DNA of 54,209 nucleotides from a virus (lineage: Duplodnaviria > Caudoviricetes), in IMG/VR virus record IMGVR_UViG_3300008050_000051, positions 1 to 54,209 of that record. One strand, written 5' to 3'. Within the stretch, counting starts at the first letter, position 1. Each line of letters begins with the position of its first letter. Positions 14,743-25,394 of the stretch are shown here, piece by piece. The position numbers and the translations under genes were made by a program. Under the pieces are notes generated by a model. The model had not been told where the DNA came from and did no database searches. It was given only the letters and a program-made list of their open reading frames with translations.

Positions 14743-16287
14743 ATGAAAAATCAGAAATTATTAGAAGAATTTAAGAGGTGTGCAACTGATCCAGAGTACT
14801 TTATCTCCAAGTACATTAGGGTAACGCATCCTGTTCGTGGTCTTGTTCCATTTAAGTTGTACCCTTTTCAGAAAAGGATTCTTTCCGATCTAACGGATCA
14901 CAGATTTAATATTCTTCGTAAGTTTCGTCAGGCTGGAGCCACCACTCTAGCCGCAGGCTACTCTTTACACACGATTATTTTCCACAAGCATAAGCAAGTT
15001 GTTATTCTTTCTAAAGGTGATGCAGAATCTACAGAGGTTCTAGATAGAATTAAGTTAATGTATGATGAACTTCCAGAGTTCTTAAAGCCTGGAATTCAAG
15101 AGGATAATAAGCACACACTAAAGCTAAAAACAGGATCTACAATTAAATCTCGTCCATCTGGTAAGCAATCAGGTAGATCTTTGGCAGGATCTCTTCTTAT
15201 AATTGACGAAGCTGCATTTATTGAAAATATTGATACCATCTGGGCTGCTGTTTATCCCATCATCTCTACAGGGGGTAGGGCTTTTGTCCTATCTACTGTT
15301 AACGGTATAGGTAATTGGTATCACGAAGTATATCAAAAAGCAGTAACAGGGGATAACTCGTTTCACCCTATTGATATTAGGTGGCAAGAGCATCCAGAAT
15401 ATAGCTACAATGCAGATTTCACCCAGCTCTATGAGGAAATGGCTGAAAAAGGCTTGGATATCCATACATGGGAGGATACTACTAAGGCAAACATGCCTAT
15501 GAAGCAGTGGTTGCAGGAATATGAATGTTCCTTCTTGGGTACGGGAGATACTTATATTGAGGGGCAAATTCTTAAGGAAATTTCTTCTCAAACAAGTGAG
15601 GAGTATTTTACCAAGTACAATAACAGGATGCGCGTGTGGCAGGAGGCTAAACCTCAGTATACCTACTTGATTGCTTGTGATACCTCCCTAGGACGAGATC
15701 GGGATTATTCGGCTTTTCATGTGATTAACATGTATAATGGTCAGCAAGTAGCAGAATTTTATTCCAACAGGACTCCTATAAATGATTTTGCTAAAATTTT
15801 ATTCAGTGAAGGTATGCTATATAATATAGCTCACATTATCTGTGAGCGAAATACTATTGGAAACAACTTAATTGACTGGCTCTATAATATTTACGAGTAC
15901 GAAAACCTGTGGGCTGATGATAAAGATGATCTAGGCTTCCAGGTTACTGCTAAAAATAGAGAGAGCATACTGGCTGAACTAGAAGAAGCAATTCGAACTG
16001 ATTTAGTGAAAATTAACTCGACTCGGACTTGCGACGAACTGATGACCTTTATTATAAATGAGAATGGTAAAGTAGAGGCTGAGAAGAATCATCATGATGA
16101 TTTGGTTATGAGTCTCGCTCTTGCTGTTCATGCTTATAAAAACTTACTGGACACAACTCCTATAGAGTTTGTCTCTAAACTAGAAAAAGAACAAAAACCG
16201 CTTATGCCTAGTAAAAATTATAAGCATAGTTTCAAAACATCATATGGTGGCGTGACCGAGGAAGATTTTAAATGGCTGATGAAATAA
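14743..16287 (+). CDS. terL: terminase large subunit (T4 gp17-like)
   Basis: LYPFQ, KFRQAGATT (Walker A), LLIIDEAAF (Walker B), LSTVNG, QEYECSF, HDDLVMSLALA nuclease motif. Confidence 0.95.
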   Translation: MKNQKLLEEFKRCATDPEYFISKYIRVTHPVRGLVPFKLYPFQKRILSDLTDHRFNILRKFRQAGATTLAAGYSLHTIIFHKHKQVVILSKGDAESTEVLDRIKLMYDELPEFLKPGIQEDNKHTLKLKTGSTIKSRPSGKQSGRSLAGSLLIIDEAAFIENIDTIWAAVYPIISTGGRAFVLSTVNGIGNWYHEVYQKAVTGDNSFHPIDIRWQEHPEYSYNADFTQLYEEMAEKGLDIHTWEDTTKANMPMKQWLQEYECSFLGTGDTYIEGQILKEISSQTSEEYFTKYNNRMRVWQEAKPQYTYLIACDTSLGRDRDYSAFHVINMYNGQQVAEFYSNRTPINDFAKILFSEGMLYNIAHIICERNTIGNNLIDWLYNIYEYENLWADDKDDLGFQVTAKNRESILAELEEAIRTDLVKINSTRTCDELMTFIINENGKVEAEKNHHDDLVMSLALAVHAYKNLLDTTPIEFVSKLEKEQKPLMPSKNYKHSFKTSYGGVTEEDFKWLMK

Positions 16288-18032
16288 ATGATGAGCTAAA
16301 TGAGAGTGGGTATACTACATTCGGGGGCACCCAGAATAGAGCAGGGACGTTTTACACACCCACAGGCCCTATAGGCCGATTTTTTGCTAAATTTTTTGCT
16401 ACAAAAGCTCAAATTCCAGTTCAAAGAGCCGTTGATCAAGGGAAAGTTGTACCTGAAACAGGGGACACAGTTGTTAATACGGAGGTTATCAAAGACCAAG
16501 AAATTGATGGAGGCCCCGCTATTGGAGGAGTTCAAAGGAACCCCATCCTGCCCCAACTTGAGCTTAATCGTAGACGCAGGTACAAAGAATACGAGGAGAT
16601 GGATGAGTATCCTGAAATTGGCGCAGCGTTTGATATCTATGCAGATGATTCCACACAAAAAGGTACTAGATCGGAACGATGGACTATTAAATCAGAGAGT
16701 GACTTGGTAGTTGATGAGATTAATAAACTTTTTGAACAGGTTAACTTACACAAATTTCTTTGGGATATTGTCCGAAATACCGTTAAGTATGGGGATTGCT
16801 TCACTGAATTAATTGTAGATATAAATAAATCAGAAGAGGGAATTAAAAAAATTAAAATTCTTAATCCCAACTGGATTCTTCGCGTAGAAAATGAGTATGG
16901 GTATCTTAAAAAATTCTTACAAGAAATTCCTAATTTAGAATCCCTTCAATACTCCGAGGTGGGCCAGTCAGAACTAGCTCGTCCCGTTAAATATATTGAA
17001 CTTGATAAGAATCAGATTGTTCATTACAGGCTGCATACCTCTGATCCTGTGTTCTATCCTTATGGGAAATCAATTGCCGCACTATGCCATCGTGTTTTCC
17101 GTTCTCTTAAAATGATGGAAGATGCCATGATGATTTATAGATTATCCAGAGCACCAGAAAGAAGAATTTTCTATGTGGATACAGGGAATCTCCCCACTAG
17201 CAAAGCTGAGATGTTCATTGAGCGTCTAAAGCAGAAGTTCAAGAAAGAGAAATATTATAACTCTGGAAAAGGTACAGTAGACTCTCGTTACAACCCCATG
17301 TCGATGGATGAAGACTTTTTTGTTCCCACTAAGAATGGAAGGGGGACTAAAATTGATACTCTCCCTGGAGCTACTAACTTGGGGGAGATTGAAGACGTTA
17401 GATATTATCGGGATAAGCTCCTTGCAGCTCTTAAAGTTCCGAAAGATTATCTTGTAGAGAAAGATCAATCTCCTGAAAGGAAGGCTAACCTATCCCAGCT
17501 CGATGTGAAGTTTGCCCGAACTATTCAAAGAGTTCAGGTAGATATTGAAACTGGATTAGAAAACATGGCAAAGAGGCATCTTCAATTAAGAGGGTATCCT
17601 GCCGCTTTGATTAAAAAGCTTAGAATTTCTCTACCTGAACCTTCTGACATGTCTGCTAAGAGGAAACTCGATATTGATGAGCAGAAAACAAGAGTTATCC
17701 AAGCAGTCTTAGGATTAGGTCTTTTCTCTAAAGAATCCATCTATAGAGAGTTCTATGATATGACTGATGAAGAGATTAGAAGAATGCAGTCTGAAATTGA
17801 GGAAGATCAAGAGAAAGATTTAGAGCAGCAGGAAAAACAGGCTGAAGTAGCCAATCCTGGTTATGGAGAGGCTGGGGGTCAGGAGCCTGCGGAAAATGTA
17901 CCCCCTACAGCCAATGAAGATAATGTCTCAGAATTGGAGACTTTGAGAGAATTAGTTCTAGAAGACGATAAAAAAGAAGTTATTTCTAGGATAATCCAAA
18001 AACAACAACAAAAAGCGGGACATATAATCTAA
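16272..18032 (+). CDS. portal protein (T4 gp20-like)
   Basis: LKMMEDAMMIYRLSRAPERRIFYVDTGNLP, EDFFVP, TLPGATNLGEIEDVRYY. Confidence 0.95.
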   Translation: MADEINDELNESGYTTFGGTQNRAGTFYTPTGPIGRFFAKFFATKAQIPVQRAVDQGKVVPETGDTVVNTEVIKDQEIDGGPAIGGVQRNPILPQLELNRRRRYKEYEEMDEYPEIGAAFDIYADDSTQKGTRSERWTIKSESDLVVDEINKLFEQVNLHKFLWDIVRNTVKYGDCFTELIVDINKSEEGIKKIKILNPNWILRVENEYGYLKKFLQEIPNLESLQYSEVGQSELARPVKYIELDKNQIVHYRLHTSDPVFYPYGKSIAALCHRVFRSLKMMEDAMMIYRLSRAPERRIFYVDTGNLPTSKAEMFIERLKQKFKKEKYYNSGKGTVDSRYNPMSMDEDFFVPTKNGRGTKIDTLPGATNLGEIEDVRYYRDKLLAALKVPKDYLVEKDQSPERKANLSQLDVKFARTIQRVQVDIETGLENMAKRHLQLRGYPAALIKKLRISLPEPSDMSAKRKLDIDEQKTRVIQAVLGLGLFSKESIYREFYDMTDEEIRRMQSEIEEDQEKDLEQQEKQAEVANPGYGEAGGQEPAENVPPTANEDNVSELETLRELVLEDDKKEVISRIIQKQQQKAGHII

Positions 18033-18075
18033 AACTTACATATATAACTTTAGAGTCCTAAAAAGGAGATTAAAA

Positions 18076-19722
18076 ATGTTTTCGAAATTATTTGAGGAAC
18101 GAGATAAAACTATTACGCATCTGGTGAAGTTAGGAGATTGCCTCTCCAGGTCTTTGCGAGAGAATGTGAGTTTATTTGCTATTGATAGCAACAACTCCCA
18201 TGTTTCTTACCTAACAGAAGGAGGTAAAGTTATTAGTGGAGGGTATTCTATTGATAAAGATGTGAGGTTGAATTCTATTAGAATTCAAGATTCCTCTATT
18301 TTTGAAGAAGGGGAGCAGTTGGACTCCTTTGTCAATAAAAAAATTCATTCTTTTGTTGAAAGTATCCACTACGGAGAATATGCGTCAGCAGACGATTCTT
18401 TCTCGGATGTACTATCTCTTTGGGAAAATAGGCTCAAGCTATCCAGTGTACAAGCTAGACTACATGAGCAATCCAGTAGGTTGGCTGCTGTGGAGCGTAT
18501 TCTAGAAACTGAACAGTTTCAAAAGCTCCTTGAGATTACTCCTCAATTTCAAGAATTTCTAAAAGAAAACTTTGATAAAGTAACAAGTGTACCAGAAGTG
18601 AGAAATGCTATCAATCTTTCAAATGCAGTTTCACAAGCATTTAATTTCCCGAGGCTAACCTTAGAAGATTTAGAAAAAAGTAAGTCTTACATTCTAAAGG
18701 ATGGAGTTAGCCCTTCGATCTATGAAATGGTTTGCCGCCAGGAGCTAATTAAAAAAGAACTTATTGAGTCCAAACAAAATTTCGACACTATTTGGGCCAC
18801 TAACTCTGCTGTCCAAAAACTAGCAGGAATGATTTTTGAAGATAATGAGGCAGTTGTACCTGTTCTTTCTGAAGCTTTGAAAGAGGTTCCTTATCTTGCT
18901 TTGGCATCTAAAAAGAGCCTTTTTAATACATTTTCTAATTGTTTAGCCCAAACAGACGGAATTGGAGTTTCTGAAAAGGATATTCAATCTTTTGCTTCTA
19001 GGATTTTTGAATATAAGAAAGATGTTAAAAAAGTCTTTATCCAAAGTATAAATGAAAAATACGGAGTTAACATACAAAATCTTCAAAATCCTGCTTCCTT
19101 TAAAAGTTTAGCTAATACCCAAGTAGTTATTTTTGAAGCTCTTTCACGCTTATCTCCCAAAGGATCTTTACTTAAAGAAGTATTGCTTGAGATGGCTCAA
19201 AGCCTAAAAACTAAATCTGGCGTTGAGTGCATTGATGTGAACGATTATCTTCTAGAGACGTTTATTACTGTGGGCTACGATGAATTGTTAGAAGAAACAG
19301 GAAATAAGACTATCCCTAAAGCAAACTTTAAAAGAGTAACCAAAGATCTCACGGATATTAAGGAATTAGTACAAACTCTTCACGATAAAGTTACGAAAGA
19401 TCAAGAATACTCCAGCGATGAGAATTTAGATGACCAAGCTTTGGCCGATGAAGAGGCCACAGATGCTATCCCTGAGGTTCCAGCGGTGGACCCTAGAACT
19501 GGGGCCACTATTGCCCCTGAAGCGGTGACCCCTGGCCCTGAAGAGGCTCCTGTTGATCCTGGCACGGACGAGCCTCCTGTAGCGCCAACAACGGAATCCC
19601 CTGATGAGGTTGTAGGAGGATTAGCAGATCTTGAAAACATGGTGGCTGATATTGCTGCTGAATTAGGAGTAGGAGATGAAGAAGCTCCTGAGGAAGAGGA
19701 TAACAAAGAGGAAGTAGAATAA
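18076..19722 (+). CDS. hypothetical head-associated protein with acidic Pro-rich tail (possible scaffold/core)
   Basis: Directly after portal; AAGGAG SD; function inferred from position only. Confidence 0.6.
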   Translation: MFSKLFEERDKTITHLVKLGDCLSRSLRENVSLFAIDSNNSHVSYLTEGGKVISGGYSIDKDVRLNSIRIQDSSIFEEGEQLDSFVNKKIHSFVESIHYGEYASADDSFSDVLSLWENRLKLSSVQARLHEQSSRLAAVERILETEQFQKLLEITPQFQEFLKENFDKVTSVPEVRNAINLSNAVSQAFNFPRLTLEDLEKSKSYILKDGVSPSIYEMVCRQELIKKELIESKQNFDTIWATNSAVQKLAGMIFEDNEAVVPVLSEALKEVPYLALASKKSLFNTFSNCLAQTDGIGVSEKDIQSFASRIFEYKKDVKKVFIQSINEKYGVNIQNLQNPASFKSLANTQVVIFEALSRLSPKGSLLKEVLLEMAQSLKTKSGVECIDVNDYLLETFITVGYDELLEETGNKTIPKANFKRVTKDLTDIKELVQTLHDKVTKDQEYSSDENLDDQALADEEATDAIPEVPAVDPRTGATIAPEAVTPGPEEAPVDPGTDEPPVAPTTESPDEVVGGLADLENMVADIAAELGVGDEEAPEEEDNKEEVE

Positions 19723-20195
19723 TGAACTTACAAACAGGACAAAGAACTTTTTGTTTAGGTCTTTCTGGATTAGGATTGGCAAACGGTGCAACCCAGACTG
19801 TAGATGTTCCTTTTGTTGATTCGGCTGGAAACGGTATGAATTGTAATTATTTCAAACTCCATGTATCTGAAGGGAACATTACAGGTAACAAAAATTTTGC
19901 TGGTGTTATTGCTGAAGTTAGTGGAGTAGCTCATGAAGGGGATGCAGTAACTGATGCACTTTCTGCTCTTACTGCCTCTCCAAATACAAGTGGTATTTGT
20001 GGTGTTGGTGTTAGTCTTGGTGGTTTAGGAAGTGCGCAAAGCACAGAATGGCACGGCAGTAATGGGCAAGTTGCAACAGGAATAAAATTGATTATCACTG
20101 CTGATGAGGATGATTTTGTAGTAATGATAACCTACGGAAACTTGTACCCCTTGAATCCATTAAGGCTTGAACAGTCTTACGATGCGGGATCATAA
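19722..20195 (+). CDS. putative virion protein
   Basis: Gly/Ser-rich, beta-type composition; coupled start. Confidence 0.6.
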   Translation: MNLQTGQRTFCLGLSGLGLANGATQTVDVPFVDSAGNGMNCNYFKLHVSEGNITGNKNFAGVIAEVSGVAHEGDAVTDALSALTASPNTSGICGVGVSLGGLGSAQSTEWHGSNGQVATGIKLIITADEDDFVVMITYGNLYPLNPLRLEQSYDAGS

Positions 20196-20204
20196 AAATA
20201 AAAA

Positions 20205-22163
20205 ATGGTTGAATTTTCAGGATTAGTTGCCCTTCAAGTTGATGAAGCGGGAAGACCCCTAGGGCTAGAAGGCATGGCTGAGGGGGATACTATTGTTAGT
20301 AGCATCTTAGCCCCTGGTGTTAGAGACGCTGTAACCACAGTTGAAATTACGTCTGCTACCTGGAATGAGGGAGGAGCCGCAACTATACCAACAGATGTAT
20401 CCGCTCCTTGGCAAAATACTTTTGAAAATGTTGAAGATTCTTCTTCTCTTAGAGATCAAGTCCTAATTTTTATTAGAGATGGTTCGGGGGACTTACAAGA
20501 AGCTTCTACTATCACAGTAACTTCAGGACTTATGCAACTTAGTTCTGCTGGGATGTCTAGTGTTATTGATGCTCTAGAGCTTTCTACCTACAATATGTCG
20601 GCTATGGTAGTGGCTTCATCTACGGGCTTGTCAAGCCAAGTAGACGGTTTAGTCACTTCTTCAAACTTCCCTATTACAGTATTTAATAACGATATAAATG
20701 CTAAGAGTAATTCTATTTATAGAGTAACAAGTCTTTCAGGAGTACAGAATGGTGATCCGTTTACTCTTAGTGCGGGAACAATTAATTTATTAGGCCCTAC
20801 AGATATTACCGTCAATTCCAGCAGTGTTGGTACTGTTTTTGGGGATTTTTCTGGGTCCTTGGCTGATATAGGAGGGCCTTCAGCAGCGGGACACGCTGGT
20901 TGGGAATCTACAAAATCTACAGTAGATGATGGGGCTCCTGATTGGAATAATGCTTTTGCATATACGGATAGTGCTTCTGGCGATATAGGTGCTGTTTCAG
21001 CAGGAACTAATACTTCAGGAACTGCTTGGTTAACAGGGGATACTCCGACTTTATCAAATCCTTTACGAGGAGGTAATCTTACTGTTTGCTCTACTACTGG
21101 GGATTTAACTTTGTCAACAGTGGGCAATATTGTTCTCCAAAAAGATTTAAATCTATCTGAAAAGAATATCTATAATATTAGCAGCTTGTCAGGTACAAAC
21201 AATACAGCTCTTTCTGTATCAAGTCATCATCTATATTTACTTGGAAACGTACTAAGGATAGGTCAGAATTCAACCGATTCCGATTCATATTTTCAAACAC
21301 AAGATTTCCCAGCTTCCGCTAATAATTGGGCTAGTGTATATGAATCTTGTTTGGCAGCATCATCAGCGTCCAATTATCCTACTCAAGCTTTTGCTGGGTC
21401 TTCAGTTGCTAGTGGAATAAGGGTAGGAACTGCTGGATCAAGTTTAGAAATCGACGCTGCTAGTCTTCCTGATGATAATCAATATTTAGCCGCTAATACC
21501 GCACAGGAAAAGATGAAGTGGGTCACTCCCTTTATTATAGCGGATGGTGGTGAGCAATTTAGCGTTGCTGCTGGTGCTACTTTAAATTTGGGAGATTCGA
21601 CTATTACTCAAGATGCTGGTGGACTTTTCTCCATGAGAAATATCCATGCAGGTAACGTGCTTAGTGGAGGGCCTGATTGTGCCGTTACTTTTAGTAGTTC
21701 TAGCATAACTGTAAGCTCTTGCCCAGTTCCTGGTCCGTTTAGTTACGTTCAAATGGCAGCGACTAATGGAGAGAACTCTTCTGATCCATACTACTTTGCA
21801 TCGGGGGCTACTACAGCCTACACAGAAATAGATACACAAGAAATTTCTTGGGATGATACAAACAATTATTTTACTGTCTCCTCGTCTGGTTTTTATGAAC
21901 TTAATGTAGTAGGAAGCGTAATTATTACATCTTCACCTACTACTGTACAATCAGATATTATAAAAACAACGGGATTAGGGGGAACAGAAACCATACTAAA
22001 TTTACAAACACAAACAATTAGAACGAATATGGATCCCCACTATATGGGGGCTTTTTGGATGGGATATTTATCAGCGGGGGAGAAAGTAACTTGTAGGATA
22101 GATGGGACTTCAAATACCCAGCAGGTTAGAGGATCAGCTATGAGCTGTAAAAGAATTCACTAA
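20205..22163 (+). CDS. putative fibre/decoration protein
   Basis: Ser/Thr/Gly-rich 652 aa; C-terminal FTVSSSGFYEL...YLSAGEKV resembles a C1q/TNF-like head. Confidence 0.6.
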   Translation: MVEFSGLVALQVDEAGRPLGLEGMAEGDTIVSSILAPGVRDAVTTVEITSATWNEGGAATIPTDVSAPWQNTFENVEDSSSLRDQVLIFIRDGSGDLQEASTITVTSGLMQLSSAGMSSVIDALELSTYNMSAMVVASSTGLSSQVDGLVTSSNFPITVFNNDINAKSNSIYRVTSLSGVQNGDPFTLSAGTINLLGPTDITVNSSSVGTVFGDFSGSLADIGGPSAAGHAGWESTKSTVDDGAPDWNNAFAYTDSASGDIGAVSAGTNTSGTAWLTGDTPTLSNPLRGGNLTVCSTTGDLTLSTVGNIVLQKDLNLSEKNIYNISSLSGTNNTALSVSSHHLYLLGNVLRIGQNSTDSDSYFQTQDFPASANNWASVYESCLAASSASNYPTQAFAGSSVASGIRVGTAGSSLEIDAASLPDDNQYLAANTAQEKMKWVTPFIIADGGEQFSVAAGATLNLGDSTITQDAGGLFSMRNIHAGNVLSGGPDCAVTFSSSSITVSSCPVPGPFSYVQMAATNGENSSDPYYFASGATTAYTEIDTQEISWDDTNNYFTVSSSGFYELNVVGSVIITSSPTTVQSDIIKTTGLGGTETILNLQTQTIRTNMDPHYMGAFWMGYLSAGEKVTCRIDGTSNTQQVRGSAMSCKRIH

Positions 22164-22191
22164 ACCCCCGTACTATATTTTATATTATATT

Positions 22192-22428
22192 ATGACTCAA
22201 GAAAAGAAAACGATAATTTCTAAAGAAACTCTAATGCCTTTGGGATTAGTTATTATTATTTGTGGTGGCGTAGTTTGGATAAGTACGCAACTTAGCGGAA
22301 TTAACTATAAACTTGATATGCTAGAAGCAAAGCTGGAAGACCAGTGGACTAAGCGAGATATGGAGAATTGGGGTCTCAAGCTTAAAATGCAAAACCCGGA
22401 AATCAAAATACCTAATATAGATAATTAA
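22192..22428 (+). CDS. small single-TM protein with coiled coil
   Basis: LMPLGLVIIICGGVVWI helix. Confidence 0.6.
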   Translation: MTQEKKTIISKETLMPLGLVIIICGGVVWISTQLSGINYKLDMLEAKLEDQWTKRDMENWGLKLKMQNPEIKIPNIDN

Positions 22429-22652
22429 TCTATCATGTGATTTTGTTTTGCAGCTCTAATTAATCTCCACATATAATTATCTTTCATTGTAGATAAGACG
22501 GTTATAATATTGGTTAGTTTCTTTAGAGTTTCCTCACTAACTGTCTTTTTTTCGATTATTCGATTAATATCTTCTACAAGAGTCTGTAGACTGATTCTCT
22601 CTTCTTCAGAGATAACGAACATTTGTTTTTCTATTGATTGTCTTGTTTTCAT
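22425..22652 (-). CDS. hypothetical protein
   Basis: ATGA-coupled to upstream oxygenase. Confidence 0.6.
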   Translation of the reverse strand: MKTRQSIEKQMFVISEEERISLQTLVEDINRIIEKKTVSEETLKKLTNIITVLSTMKDNYMWRLIRAAKQNHMID

Positions 22653-23239
22653 CGGTTTATTTTTATTTTCCTATCCCAGGAACTAATTGTGAGCCCAATT
22701 CTTGATTTGTGAGGGGCTAGGTGCTTAATAGGCAGTATTGCATGAGGGTAATTGCTATCAAAAATTACTAATCTATTAAATTTGTAAGGAACTTTAATCC
22801 AAGAATTATCCAAATTCTTCTCTAAATCATAGATATTGTTGTAAAACACGGTAGTTTCCTCAAAGGCGTTTAGATTTATAGCTAATTCTCCACCTTCCAG
22901 GTTTTCTGAGTCTCCTAAGTAAATAACTGCTGTATTTTTTGCAGGGGCTATTTCTTCTGCAAACTCATCACAATCAACATGATGATTTAGGTGGTTTATA
23001 TCCTTTGTTAGGACATTAACCCAGGCTTCGTATCCTTTTCCAGAGAATCCAATCTCGTAAGTACAAATATCTTTAATGATAGAACAAATTAAATTATCTG
23101 TTCGTGAATTGTAGTTTCCCCCGAAAACATACTTGTGAGGAAGAAAGTCTAATTGCCAGGACCCAGAATAATGAAAATATTTGTATAATTCATCTAAAAT
23201 ATCTGTATTTTTAATGAAATTATCAATTATTTTTAACAT
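22649..23239 (-). CDS. 2OG-Fe(II) oxygenase superfamily protein
   Basis: HVD...AVIYL...GGEL...NRLVIFDSNYPH...R: HxD..H..R facial triad. Confidence 0.8.
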   Translation of the reverse strand: MLKIIDNFIKNTDILDELYKYFHYSGSWQLDFLPHKYVFGGNYNSRTDNLICSIIKDICTYEIGFSGKGYEAWVNVLTKDINHLNHHVDCDEFAEEIAPAKNTAVIYLGDSENLEGGELAINLNAFEETTVFYNNIYDLEKNLDNSWIKVPYKFNRLVIFDSNYPHAILPIKHLAPHKSRIGLTISSWDRKIKINR

Positions 23240-24606
23240 ATTCTAACCTCATGTCCTTCTTTTTCATAGTATCTTTTCCTTGAATAAGAGTGTTTTTTAA
23301 GGTATTTTTCTTTATCTAAAAAATCATAGATATATACAACCTCCTTACTATCGTGCCTCCTAAGTGCCCGTCCTAAGGCTTGTAATGTTGCTATTTCAGA
23401 TTTCATTCCTCTGGCGTTGATGAAATGTGTTATTTCCTCAATATTAATCCCTGTTTGGAGGATTTTAGTGCCAATGAGGACGCTAGAATCTCCGCATCCT
23501 CTGAATCTAGAAATAGCGTTATACCTTTCTCCGATTGAATCAGCCCCTTCGAGGAACTCACAATCCCGTCCAAGTACTTGCTCCAAGGCTCTTCCGTGAG
23601 CAAGTGACTTGGTAAGAATAAGGATGCGGCTTCTTTTGTTTTGTTTTCTAATATCATCTACTATCTCCGTTATAATTTTATTTCGTGCTTTGTTATTCAC
23701 AATATACTCTTCGTATACGTCTAAGTAGCCCATATCATCATCTAATCCACTTGCAGTATAAGGTCTGTTAATTAATTGGATTATAGGTTTTGTTAGATTT
23801 CCTGAGGTGATGAGGGAAGCGGTATCCACAACCTGTAGAACGTCCCCTAAGGCTCCTTCTAGGTTGTGTCTTGGAATAGGGTCATTCGGAGGCGTTGCTG
23901 TGAATCCAAAGCGGTAGAGAGCCTTAGGGAAGCTCCTGAGAGCAGCAAGGGTAGTCTTCCCGTTAGAGAACTCATGGCACTCATCAACCATTAGAACTTG
24001 GGTTTCTTCCAAATGAGTGTCGAGGATCCTTTCAATACTTTGGACAGTGCAAAGCATAATATCCCCATAAATAAAACCCTCACCATAACAAAGGCCAATA
24101 TTGTCCATCCCACAAGCTTTAGTAAGAAAATCATAAGTTTGTGTTAGTAGTTGTTTTGCGTTGAAAAGAATTACCATCTTTCTGCCTTCCAACGCTTTGA
24201 TTAGCCCCGCCATGATTAAAGTTTTTCCTGAACCAGTAGGGGATTTAATAATACCCCTCATCTTATCTAACCCCTGTTTAATAAGCTCCTTTTGATAATC
24301 ATAGTAGGTAAATCCAGAGATCTCATAGGAAGCTAGTAACTTACCATCAGACATATCTCCTGATCCCCAAATCTCTGGCTCACAATCAATCTTCTTTAAA
24401 TCTATGAGGAGCCTAGATAATAACCCTGTTTTAAAAATACCTGATTTAGATATAAAGTGAGTTTTCCCATCCCATTGTCTTCGCTTGTATGCAGCCGTGT
24501 ATTCGGCACCTTGGACTTTATAAGAATAAAGTTCGTATAAAGCTTGAAAAAGATCTGGGTTATCTGTTTCTATACGGGAATTTAGTATATCTATATGAAT
24601 CTTCAT
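23233..24606 (-). CDS. uvsW: SF2 DNA helicase, UvsW-like
   Basis: WDGK N-terminal motif, SPTGSGKT, VDECH, GFTAT, QALGRALR. Confidence 0.85.
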   Translation of the reverse strand: MKIHIDILNSRIETDNPDLFQALYELYSYKVQGAEYTAAYKRRQWDGKTHFISKSGIFKTGLLSRLLIDLKKIDCEPEIWGSGDMSDGKLLASYEISGFTYYDYQKELIKQGLDKMRGIIKSPTGSGKTLIMAGLIKALEGRKMVILFNAKQLLTQTYDFLTKACGMDNIGLCYGEGFIYGDIMLCTVQSIERILDTHLEETQVLMVDECHEFSNGKTTLAALRSFPKALYRFGFTATPPNDPIPRHNLEGALGDVLQVVDTASLITSGNLTKPIIQLINRPYTASGLDDDMGYLDVYEEYIVNNKARNKIITEIVDDIRKQNKRSRILILTKSLAHGRALEQVLGRDCEFLEGADSIGERYNAISRFRGCGDSSVLIGTKILQTGINIEEITHFINARGMKSEIATLQALGRALRRHDSKEVVYIYDFLDKEKYLKKHSYSRKRYYEKEGHEVRIC

Positions 24607-24647
24607 CAGACTATTATAGTTTAGAAATCCTATCCACAGGAGATGTT

Positions 24648-25394
24648 ATGCTACACAATAATCCGCAGAATGACGCTGCAAAACAAAAAATTGTAGAGGA
24701 TCTTTTAAAAGACCTACCCAGCGATACAGCTATCGAAGTTAATCTTCCTTCAGAGAACCGAGTTTATGAGCTAGAGGACTCTGATGCTCCAATTACTTTA
24801 CGCCCTATGACCTTTGATGACGAAAAAAGTATTGTAAGCGCAAAAAAAGATCAAGATCCCGTAAATCTAATTCTTCAAAGATGTACTACAAATATTAGTA
24901 TCAATACTTTATTGCCTATGGACAAGCTTTATCTTATTATGAAGCTTAGAGAAATCTCTTATGGGGATGATTATAATGTGTTACTTCTGTGCCCATCTTG
25001 CAAAGCAGAGAATCCTTCAGTAATCAAATTATCAGAACTTAATGTCAACCCTGTTCCAGATGATTTTGAAGACCCAATAACAATAGATTTTCCTAGTATT
25101 AATAAAAAAGCTAAAATTAGGTTACCTAGAGTTAAAGACGAACATCTTTTTTCTGATGCAGCGGGTGCGTTAGAGCAACTTTGGAGATTTGTAGTGGATA
25201 TTGACGGACATTCCGACAAGTCTATTATTGCTGCGGTTATTGACAAATTGCCCATTAGAGATGTTCGAGGCATCCTAAACACCATAAAGTCCGATTACGG
25301 TGTTGACACTAAGATTAAATTTGTATGCAAGGACTGTGGAGGGGCAGCAGTCATGGACTTGCCAATCGACGCAAATTTTTTCGATGTGAACTAG
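24648..25394 (+). CDS. tail/baseplate hub assembly chaperone (T4 gp26-like)
   Basis: LPS...LRPMTFDDEK...LREISYG...CPSC...CKDC...NFF; AGGAG SD before ATG 24648. Confidence 0.7.
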   Translation: MLHNNPQNDAAKQKIVEDLLKDLPSDTAIEVNLPSENRVYELEDSDAPITLRPMTFDDEKSIVSAKKDQDPVNLILQRCTTNISINTLLPMDKLYLIMKLREISYGDDYNVLLLCPSCKAENPSVIKLSELNVNPVPDDFEDPITIDFPSINKKAKIRLPRVKDEHLFSDAAGALEQLWRFVVDIDGHSDKSIIAAVIDKLPIRDVRGILNTIKSDYGVDTKIKFVCKDCGGAAVMDLPIDANFFDVN

